Position numbers and translations under genes: made by a program. Shown here piece by piece: positions 52,926 to 64,000 of a stretch of DNA of 64,000 bases (position 1 is the first letter of the stretch; each line of letters opens with the position of its first letter). The DNA lies in the NCBI GenBank assembly GCA_951406725.2, contig OX597816.1:114700001-114764000 (forward strand). Direction: 5' to 3'. Origin of the DNA: Octopus vulgaris. Taxonomy: Eukaryota. The notes beneath the pieces are model-generated. The model made no database searches. It saw nothing but the letters and a program-made list of their open reading frames with translations, and was not told the origin of the DNA.

Positions 52926-55528
52926 CTGTTGAGCATGTGTATTTGCGTACATTCTCATACTTTTTCGCCATAAATGTTGTGATATGTCTGCAAGGCTGTG
53001 TTTCTGACTGTGTATATATCTATAACCCTGTCATAGTAATACTTTAGATGTATGTTTGAATATGCGTGTATGCGCGTGCATGCATGTGAATATATGTGTG
53101 AGTGTGTACGAGGGAGAAATTGTGTCTGTGAATGCAGCTACTACCAAGGCAGCCAAATATCTTTAATCTAAGTGAAAGAAAACCATTACCGGTTTGTCTT
53201 CCTGAGAAAGCAAAATAATATTATTATTATTATTATTATTGCTGTTGTTGTTTGTTGCCCTTGTTATGATGCTGATGATGACATTGGTAAAGTTGATAAC
53301 AAATAACAAAGAGTTACAAGGAAGAAGGGCAGAAATGAAGAAGAAGAAGAAGAAGAAGAATGAGAAGAAGAAGAAAACGAGGAGGGGAGGAACAATAATA
53401 AGAAGGTGTTGATGATGATGATGATGATGATGAGGAGGAGGATGATGATGGTGATAACGAAGTAGAAGACACAGCAAGAAGCGAGAAGACAGCTGGTGTT
53501 TTAAATGACAGCCACCTTCTTGCTTCTTCTGGCACATATACCCCACCCAGTAGATATATATATGTATATATATATATGTATATACATATATATAAGCATA
53601 TGCACACAGATATATGTAATATGTATGCATACGTGTTATACATAAATATATAATTAAGCAAAATATATACATGTATACATGTGTGTGTGTATATATATAC
53701 ACATATATATACATATTATACATATATATATATATTTATATATGCTTATATATGTGTATGTGTGAGTATATATATATACACACACACACAATCACACATA
53801 TATATATGCACACATATAAACATATACATACAGATACACACACACACACACATAATCGAAATGATAAGACAAAGAATAAACTGTAGCACATCATTAATGA
53901 TCATTTACAATTGTTTCTTCACCAACTCAACTTAGAATACCAGTTTATTCAAAAATTCGAACTGAAGATTTGTGTAATATTTGTAGTTTAGCCACTGGAG
54001 TGGCACTTCATGAAACTTGCTTCAAAGGTGTGCTCTTACATTGTGTGTCTGCAAGACTGTTTTTGCATATATTGGGAAGAAACAAAAAGTACTTTTTATA
54101 TATAAGCAAAAAACAAAGTTTGGAAAATGCCCAGTGTAAGAGCACAACTTTGATATAAGTCTGAAGTTCCACCCTAATATCTAAAATGTAAACATTATGT
54201 AAATTTCCACTATGAATCTTTGTGTAAACTGTCATAAGTAGAGTTGGTACAGAAATAATTGTAACTAATCATTAAAGATGTGTTAAAATATTTCTTTGTC
54301 TTATTATTTGAATTATATTCTATCCTTTACTAAAGCCACACAATGGTAAAATCGTTGTAAAACCAGGATTTTCTACAACTGAAGAATTTCGGTATAGGTC
54401 TGGAATCTGAACTTGTGTTGGGTGCTTCATTGGAAATACCCTATGTTTATTCCCTAGCAAGACCTCATATCATCATCATCATCATCATCATCATTGTTTA
54501 ACGTCCGTTTTTCCATGCTAGCACGGGTTGATATATATATATATACATAATATATATCATCATCGTCATCATTTAACATTTCCCTTTTCCATCTGGCATG
54601 GGTTGGACGGTTTGACATGAAGAGACAAGTCAGAAAACTGCACCATATTCTATATCTGCTTTGGTATAGTTTCAACAGCAGGATGCCCTTCTTAATGTCA
54701 ATCATTTTACAGTGTGTGGACTGGGTGCTTTGTATGTGGCACCAGCTTCAGGGAGTTCCCCACACATACATCTCTATACGTGTAAGTAACAATGGGTTCA
54801 GCAGTTTTGTTCAGAGGTTCCTTTTGTCATTATGTGTTTTCAGGTTCAATCCCACTGTGGAAGTTGTGCCTTCTATCATAGCCTCAGGTAAATTCCTACC
54901 TCATGAGTGAGATTTGGTCGATGGAAATTGCACAAAAGCTTGTTAAGTGTATGTATGTATGTATGTATGTATGTATGTATGTATGTATGTATGTATGTAT
55001 GTATGCATGATTGTATACATATTTATATATGTCTGTTTGGAACAGCAGAACCAGTAGGTTGCTCAAAATCCATCTCATGGCATCAGCTTTACTCCAAGTT
55101 GCACTCACTTTGTTGACTTTTATCATTACATACTAGCCATTGACAACTGTCATGTGGCATGACCATCATTAAATGACTAAGATGAATAAAAGAATGATTC
55201 ATTTTAATCATCATCATCTTCATCATCACTTTAAGGTTCACTTTTCCATACCTGCCTTGGTCAAACGAAAGCTGTTTGTGAGTTAAGTAATATTTTTTCC
55301 AGTCCTTGAAAATGAACAGCACAATGGTCTGCAGGGCTTTTTTCACACATGGTTTCAAATGAACCACAAAGCTTGCATGGCAGTGACACTCATTTACAAA
55401 TATATCTACATCTATCTGTCTTTCGATCTGCCCACCTGATTGTCAGTCTATGTGTCTCTGTCTGTCTGTCTATCTGTCTGTCTCTCTCTCTAAATATATG
55501 TATATATAGATATATATATATATACATA

Positions 55529-55763
55529 CAGGGTAGCCCAAAGTAGGTTTGCAGTTATTCAACTATCTCATTCACATTCAGATGTTAACAATTTAGATCT
55601 TAATTACAAATATCATATGAAACCATTATTCTATGCTAATTTAGATAATTTTGTCAAGCTCCCTTTTCAGTTTGTAGGATAGAAATTTAAATGTAATAAA
55701 ATATTTTAAAAGAAATTTAAAGTGCCTATATGATAACTGTAAACCTACTTTTGGGCCACCATG
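55529..55763. mobile_element. Tc1/mariner-type MITE
   Basis: TIRs cagggtagcccaaagtaggtttgcagtt / aactgtaaacctacttttgggccaccatg, TA flanks. Confidence 0.8.
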
Positions 55764-55791
55764 TATATATGTATATATAAGTGCATATATG

Positions 55792-55846
<55 letters not shown>

Positions 55847-55887
55847 GCATATGTATGTGTATATATGTATATATATGTATATATAGT

Positions 55888-56265
55888 TGTAGGCATGGCT
55901 GTGTGGTAAGAAGCTTGCTTTGGGTTCAGTACCACTGTATGTCACCTTTGGCAAGTGTCTTCTGCTATAGTCTCAGGCTAACCAAGGTCTTGTGTGTGGA
56001 TTTGGTCGACAGAAACTGAAAGACGTCAATCTTATGTATATATATATTTATGTGTATGTGTCTTTGTGTCTGTGTTTGTCCTCCCCACCATTTCTTGGCA
56101 ATCGATGCTGATGTGTTTTATGTCCCTGTAACTTAATGGTTCAGCAAAAGAGACCGATAAAATAAGTTCTAGGCTTACAAAGAATAAGTTCCCGGCTTGA
56201 TTTTTTTTTTTACCCTTTAAGGAAGTGCTCCAATATGGCCACAGTCAAATGACTGAAACAAAAGA
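55888..56265 (+). mobile_element. SINE family A (full length, decayed)
   Basis: Collinear with 11927-12304. Confidence 0.85.
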
Positions 56266-57046
56266 ACAAATGCACACACCATAATATGTAATACATGGGA
56301 CAAGGAAAGAGAATTTAATACAACGCACGATGAAATGCATGAATTTTACAGTGTTATAAAGTGGCCACATAAACCACTCCATGTGTGTATTTTCAATATT
56401 TGATGATCCCATATTTATTATAGAGAAAACTCTACAGAGATACTGCGTAAACATTTGGTTACATAATAACCAATAACATTGGGCAATAACATTGCTAGTC
56501 CTAGCAATCATGCAAATCTTACACACAAACACACACATACTCACACACACACACATGAACATATACATATCTACACACACATAAAATAAATATATCGATA
56601 TAGATATATATATTATAGATATGGATAGATAGATTGATTGCTAGATATGTAAATACACATGCATTCATATATATATATGTGTGTGTGTGTATATGAATAC
56701 ATATACACACACATAAATGTTTCAACATTTTTTCAATAAAGATTTTAATTTTCTTTTTTAACAATCAAATATAGAACAAAAAAATTTTGAAGATTTGAAA
56801 GATCATTTTTGGAAAGTCTAAAAAGCTGAGTTTGAAAGGAAAATAAAATTGTTGGTTCACACAATAAAAATGATATTCATAAAATGAATGTACTTTATAA
56901 CTTAATATAGACTTACATACCATTAACAGATTAGGTTGTTCAATTTTTTTCTTTATTGCTGCCGGGGAGAGGGGATTCAACAAAACAGTTCTCGAAGACA
57001 CATACATGCATATATGCATAAGCACAAACATACACATAGGAGCATG

Positions 57047-57107
<61 letters not shown>

Positions 57108-59263
57108 ACACACACAAACAAACAAACAAACAAACAAACACAGGCATGCAGACACATAGAAGAAATGCAATTCAGAGAGGAATATTTGATAAAAAAACTT
57201 GTGAGAAAAAATTTATTGATAATAAATTGAATTAGCAATTTATGTATATCTTCCAATGTATATGTGAGTGCATATGTATATGTATATGTTTATGTGTTTT
57301 GTGTGTGAGTGTGTATTTTGCGTTCGTTTTATGTGCATTTTTCCTTGCTAGCATGGGTTAGATGAGTATATTATTAAAGCATTGTTTTATAGTCAGATGC
57401 CCTTCCTGTGTTTAACAGGAATTTTTCCTTTATAAAAGTAAGGATGCTTTTATTTTATACATTGACAGAGTGAGTGACAAGAATGCCACAGCTTGTAACT
57501 TAGTGATTTTCAAAGAAATGCAAATGTAAACAAGCATGCATACACAAACACACACACACACACACACACATGTTTATAATATGCAATTTTTCAGTTTTTG
57601 TCTACCAAATCTACTCCCCAGTAGAAATTATTGGCCTAAGGTGCAATGCAGTAAGACTGAATCCAAGAGCACATGACTGCAGCTTGAACCATAAACACAC
57701 ACACACACATACACACACACACACACATACACACACATACACATACACACACACACTTGGATTATGTGTGTATGTAAAAAATAAGTTGGTGTGAGTGTGT
57801 GTATCTGTGTGCCAATGTGTGACTATATGTATGTGTAGGTAAGTGTATATCTGTACAATGGTGTGTTAAGGGCATCTGCAAGGGTGTAGCAGCGATGTAG
57901 GGTGAGATGTGGGGAAGATATGAGTGTGAGCATAGACACAGCATGGGAGAAAGGAGAAGCAGGTGGGATGATGTATATTGTGCTGGAGCAGGTGGAGAGA
58001 AATTGTAAGTTAGATGAATAGAGGTGGTGAATTCAAACCAAGAGGTGTGTAAGTTTGTAGCATGTAAGTTCAATCACTCTTGCATGTACATGCACACATA
58101 TACACACACACATTGTGCATGCACACACACACACACGCACAAACGCACATGTGTGTGTGTGAGTGTGTGTTTTTATTTTGTTCATTGTGAGCTCACAACT
58201 TTTCTTTTAAATATTTATTATCAAAAACAGAATTGCATTCCACTTTATTTTAACTGTTTATTCTGGATTATTCCTACATCTTTTATTAGTCCATACTATT
58301 TTGTTTGGAACAAGAATGTTTCCATATCCATTGATACCTCATGATCTTCTTTGACTTAACTTTCAGACACAAGATTTGTAGCATTCTGTTTTTGTTAGTG
58401 TCCTCAGTTGTAAAGTTCTTGCTCAAAAGAAATTTTATAGTCTGTTTCACTGGTAAAGCACTGCAAAAAGAAATTAATATGATGATAAAATAAACAGTGG
58501 TTAATAAGAAATATATAAATAATTACATAAAACAAGGAATATGAGAACAGCAAAACAAAGTTTAATGCAAAAAGTATATATGAAAGCAGTTTTGCTTGTG
58601 TGATTAAGAAGTCCACTTTGCAACAATGTAGTTGCAGTTTCAATCACATTGCATGGCACCTTGAGCAAGTTTCTTCCACTGTAGCCTTGTGTTACTCAAT
58701 ACCTTGTGGATTGTATTTGATAGTTCAAAAAGTATTTTGTTTGATTGTATGATTATACACATGTGTATTTCAGTGGCGTATGGTGGTTGTTGTATTGGGT
58801 GTTTTGTCACACTCAGTGCCACCAAATTTCGAGCAGAAGTATAACAAGAGTTTTCCATTAAGATTTTTGTGATTAAATTAATGAGTAAAGTTAATATTTG
58901 TAATGAATTTGTTATTTTTAGATGGGTGTGCAGCACACACCTAGCACACCTGGAGTATATGCCCCTGGTGTGTTTCTGTGCAGTTATATATATATACATA
59001 ACAATGGACTAGATCAGTTATAAATCATTCTCCCCCTGATGATGGAATAGATCGCTGATATATGGATAGCTACTGCTTGTTTTCCACAAGTTGTACTATC
59101 TGCACATTTGGCTTTGAAAGAGCTGTTTAAGGATATAAATGTCATTATCTAACCTGATACCAATTGTGTTGACCATCTGTACCTTAATCTACCTACTCAT
59201 TTGATAAACTACCTGCAACTAATAGTTATTATGTAGGCATAACATCCCTGCATGTGTGTACAC

Positions 59264-59294
<31 letters not shown>

Positions 59295-59679
59295 TGTATG
59301 TATGTATGTATGTATGTATGTATGTATGTATGTATGCATGCATGCATGCATGCATGTATGTATGTATGTATGTATGTATGTATGTATGTATGTATGTATG
59401 TATGTATGTATGTATGTGTGTCTTCATGGAATTTTGAATGGCCAACATGTATCTTCTATACTGCAATCACTTTAGGACTCTGATGACATTAAGGGAAACG
59501 TCTAAGCTCCTTGGGAACATGGCAGCTTTTCTATGTTAGTGCCATGAAAAAATGCAGTCTATACACTCTGTTAGTGATTGGCACTAGGAATGGAATCCAG
59601 TCAATGAAACCAAGTGAAAAATGGAACTAGTGATTGAGATGTGGTCTCCTAACCCAACAAAGAGCACAGAAATAGCTTT

Positions 59680-59801
59680 CTCAATGACATGGTTCTAGGT
59701 TCAGTCCTGCTGTATGACACTTTGGGCGAATGTCTTTTGCTATAGCCTCAGGCTGACCAAAGCTTTGTGAGTGGATTTGGTAGAGAGAAACTGAAAGAAG
59801 C

Positions 59802-59837
<36 letters not shown>

Positions 59838-59970
59838 TATATATGTGTGAGTGCGTGTATGTGCTTGTATCTGTATTTGTTCCCTACCACTGCTTTGCAT
59901 CTGGTATTAGATCTGGTTTTCATCTACGTAGCTTAGCAATTTGGAAAAGGAGACAATAGAAGTACTAGGA
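59680..59970 (+). mobile_element. SINE family A, partial
   Basis: ggctgaccaaagctttgtgagtggatttggtag...aactgaaagaagccc. Confidence 0.8.
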
Positions 59971-60018
59971 TGTATATGTATATACGTATATATGTATGCA
60001 AATATATATATATGTGTG

Positions 60019-60051
<33 letters not shown>

Positions 60052-60172
60052 GCAAATACATGTATATGCCTGTATGGGTGGGTGTATGTATGTATGCATA
60101 TGCACACACACACTTATATATGTATGTGTATATATTATTGTTTATATATGTGTATATATATGTTTATATGTG

Positions 60173-60264
<92 letters not shown>

Positions 60265-61535
60265 TATACACATATAAGTATATGTGTGTGTGTGTATCTA
60301 TACATATATGTGTATCTATCTATCTATCTATATGCATATATATAAAACATACAAAATTGTATTTATCGGCATGCATTTTATTAATTGGTATGTAAAAGTT
60401 TAAGAGTTCATGCAAGTATACTACAAATGAATGTATACTCATACATTTGTGACACATATGCTCTTTCTCAACCCTCTTTATGCTTATGGCCACATGCACA
60501 CACATACATATACATATGCACACACACACTCACACATGCACATATACTCACACATGCACACACATTCACAGAAACACAAGGATATACACACAAACACATG
60601 ACTTTTTAATCTTGATTTTTACGTAGCAAATTAATTGAATGGCAAGAACAACAGTTACAAGAATAACAATAAGAATATGAACAACAACAACAACAACAAC
60701 AACAAATTTTGACTACAACAATAATTAAGTTGCCAACATTCTTCGCTTTCTGCCACTAAAATACAAAAAAAAACAAGAAAAAGTAAAACAAACTAAATAT
60801 AACAATCTAACAACAACAATAACAATAACGATAATGATAACAACAACAACAACAACAACAATAATAATAATGAGGAGGAGGAGGAGAATAAGTATAAGAA
60901 TGAGAAGAAGAATGATGATATAACAATAATAATGATGAAGATGATGATGATGATGGTGATGATGATGATAATAAAAATAACTACAACAGCAACAACAACA
61001 ACAATAACAACAGTAGTATTAATGATGATGATGATAATATCAGTAATAACTATGGTAGCCAGCAAATAAAAGACGTAAGTAACTTACAAGATAATTGACA
61101 AAAATAAAGGGCAACAAAAATTAAAATTTACAGCAACAATAACAACAACAACAACAACAACAAGAGAAATAGAAACAACAACAAAGAGCAACATTGGAGA
61201 ATAAAAATTTACAATAACATCAAAATACTACAACAGAATAAGAAAGAAAAAGAAGAAAAATTAGCACCAACAGAAGGAACCTTGTGAGAAGATACGACTA
61301 TGGTTACTTGATTTCAGCTAGAAATATCAGCCAAATCTCCCTCAAGTCATACTCTAATAAAAAGAGGAAGGCCACATTATATAGCATAGTTGATAAATAA
61401 AATTAGGTGTGTGCTTAAGAATTTCACTTTGCAAGTGATTTTGGATTCATTCCCATCGTATGCCACATTGGCTAAGTGTTTTTTTCACTACAGCCCTAGG
61501 CAAAAGGAAGACTTGTGAGTGGATTTGGTAGATAT

Positions 61536-61880
61536 ATCATCATCATCATCATCATTTAACGTCCGTTTTCCATACTAGCATTGGTTTGATGGTTTGACTG
61601 GGGTCTGGGAAGCCAGGAGGCTACCCCAGGCTCCAGTCTGATCTGGCAGTGTTTCTACAGCTGGATACTCTTCCTAACGCCAACCACTCCGTGAGTGTAG
61701 TGGGTGCTTTTTACGTGCCATCAGCACAGGGGCCAGATGAGGCTGGCAATCGGCCACAATCGGTTGCTGCTTTTTACATGTCACCAGCACAGATGCCAGT
61801 CAAGGCGGCACTGGCATTGGCCATGTTCAGATGGTGATTTTTATGTGCCACTGGCATGGGTATCTTAACTACAATTTCCA
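61536..61880 (-). mobile_element. RTE-type 3' tail element with internal repeats
   Basis: catcatttaacgtccgttttccat...ctggatactcttcctaacgccaaccact; three ttttta(c/t)(g/a)tg(c/t)ca subrepeats. Confidence 0.75.
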
Positions 61881-62207
61881 CCTGGGTAACTGAAATTTTG
61901 GCATTAGAAGGACACCTTTTGAAGGAGACAATCATGTGTTATGTGATGTTTATCAAAACTTCCAAAAGGAAAAGAAAAAACAAAACAAAAGAAAAATTTC
62001 TTTGATACATTTCCATGTCTCCATGTGAACCAAACATTTCTGGATGAACTGAAAATTGTCAGGATCTTTTTAAAGCATCAATAAATCTGGCCAAAGCATG
62101 GCTTGATTTGCAAGTACACCTCCCTGACTTAAGACTGTAACTGCCCAACATTAGAAAGTTGACTTTTTATTTATTTATTTCTTAATTTTTTAAATTTCTT
62201 ATCTCTT

Positions 62208-62440
62208 ATTTCTTTACTGCCCACAAGGGGCTACACACAGAAGGGACAAACAAGAACAGACAAATGGATTAAGTCGATTATATTGACCCCCAGTGTGTAA
62301 CTGGTACTTATTTAATTGACCCTGAAAGGATGAAAGGCAAAGTCGACCTCGGCAGAATTTGAACTTAGAACACAGTGGCAGACGAAATACCACTAAGCAT
62401 TTCACCCGGCATGCTAATGTTTCTGCCAGCTCACCGCCTT
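62208..62440 (-). mobile_element. SINE family D (full length)
   Basis: Near-identical to 36120-36352. Confidence 0.88.
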
Positions 62441-62927
62441 TTAATTTTTTAAATTTCTAGTGGTTGTGAGTGTAGATAGTCGTAAGTCATATAGGTTGTA
62501 AGTTGAGGGGAAGGTGTACACTATTGCAATGGTGACCAAATAGTTTGATATGAAAAATCACATATGATATTTTTAATTTAAAAAAAATATATTTGTAAAT
62601 AAAATACACTGCTACATGATATTACAGACTAAAACAGATTGATCAATCATTGCTAATTAAAGGATTTTTCTGCATATTAACTACTGCAGTTAATATATTT
62701 AAATTCCAGCAAGTAGGATGTTAATGCTACCAATGAAACTCAACATTATCTCAGGGACCTCATATACCTTTAAGAGCCATAAGAGGCTTGTGAGCTGCAG
62801 TATGGCCACCATTGCTAAACTGTAAACATTTTTGTTTTGTTTTTAATTGAAGGCTGAATTTTGAAATCTTATAGGTTTAGTTATTTTTGTCATTCATAAT
62901 TGTATTCTTAAGTCATAATTATATTAG

Positions 62928-63520
62928 TGTCACCATCTCTAGCTGAGCAGTTATTCTGAGCTGATGAAGAGAGATAACCCAGAAAACATTAGTACACAGA
63001 TATTGCTTTGGGCTGCGTGGTGACAATAAGCTTCCTTGTTCAAAAATGTAAGGATGCAGATAATGCTTCAATAGCCAGCTGGAGATGATGCTTTCTGGAG
63101 CTAAATAACAGAAACATTCATCCTAATCGGGACTACCACATTATGTTGGCAAACAATATTTACTCTGGAGTACTGTTACTGAATGTTTCTCATTCAGAGA
63201 TTTAGAATAATAATTTTTCTATTTATGATTTCAGTGACTGTGTGTCACTTTGAAAAGTATATATTTTGAACAAGAATTTAATGTTGCCATCTCTAGCTGA
63301 GCAATTATTCTGAACTGATGAAGAAAAATAACTCAAAAACCATTGGTATACAGGTATTGCTTTGGGCTGAGTGGGGACACTAAGCTCCCTTGTTTGAAAC
63401 TATAAGGACACAGATAGCGCATCAATAGCTAACTGGAGATGATGATGTTTCTTGGGGTTAAATAATAGTAACATTTGTCCTAATCAGGACTGCCACATTA
63501 TGTTGGCAAATAATCTATAC
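62928..63520 (+). repeat. Direct repeat (~236 bp x2, period 354 nt), each copy containing a hammerhead-like core
   Basis: 62928-63163 aligns with 63282-63520; CTGATGA at 62961 and 63315. Confidence 0.88.
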
Positions 63521-63544
63521 ACATAATTACATTGTTCATATCAA

Positions 63545-63755
63545 TTTCAACTTTCGGTACAAGATCAACAGTTTCAGAGAGGGAGGTAAGTTGATTACAT
63601 TGCCCCCCCCCCAATGATCAACTGGTCATTATTTTATCAACCCCAAAAGGATGAAAAGCAAAATTAACCTCCACAGAATTTGAACTCAGAACATAAAGAC
63701 AGACGAAATACTGCTAAGCATTTTACTCAGCACAGTCACAATTCTGCTAGCTGTC
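63545..63755 (-). mobile_element. SINE family D, decayed
   Basis: aaaggatgaaaagcaaaattaacctccacagaatttgaactcagaac. Confidence 0.8.
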
Positions 63756-63759
63756 ACTC

Positions 63760-63970
63760 TAATTATATTGTTAATATCATAGTATATATTGTTAATATCA
63801 TAATTATATTGTTAATGTCATAACATACATTGTTAATATCACAATTATATTGTTAATGTCGTCATTATGTATTGTTAATATCATAATATATCTTGTTAAT
63901 GCCATCATTATATATTGTTAATGTCATAATTACATGTTGTTAATGTCATCATTATATTGTTAATATTGAA
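63760..63970. repeat. AT-rich minisatellite, ~20-23-bp unit (aattatattgttaatatcat), about 10 copies
   Basis: Directly visible recurring ttgttaat(a/g)tcat. Confidence 0.9.
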
Positions 63971-64000
63971 TATATTTTATTAATTTATATTACAACTATT

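Noticed and set aside
63760-63970. Possible CRISPR-like array
   Set aside because: Contiguous degenerate minisatellite without unique spacers; eukaryotic context and no cas genes.

Overview
AT-rich, microsatellite-saturated metazoan DNA that looks intronic or intergenic. The repeat inventory (tRNA-headed SINEs, RTE-type (ATG)n tails, TTAGGG tracts, very dense TA/TATG/TATC/CAT arrays) suggests a coleoid cephalopod such as Octopus; this is inference. No intact protein-coding gene is recognisable, and almost all ORFs in the track are translations of simple repeats. Supported features: one full-length decayed mariner and three mariner derivatives; non-autonomous Helitron/Helentron, hAT, piggyBac and Tc1/mariner-type MITEs; a GG-terminated 8-bp-TSD MITE family carrying telomeric repeats, one copy a 525-bp palindrome; fragments of CR1-, RTE-, CRE- and Penelope-like retroelements; and dozens of SINE copies. 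The most interesting signal is a dispersed set of minimal hammerhead-ribozyme motifs: a near-canonical copy at 38.0 kb, a 354-nt-period tandem at 62.9-63.5 kb resembling a retrozyme, and CTGANGA-bearing palindromes near a Penelope GIY-YIG remnant. There also appear to be alternating CpG-retained and CpG-decayed domains and a few weak candidate exons. All alignments were done by eye, so boundaries of decayed repeats are approximate.
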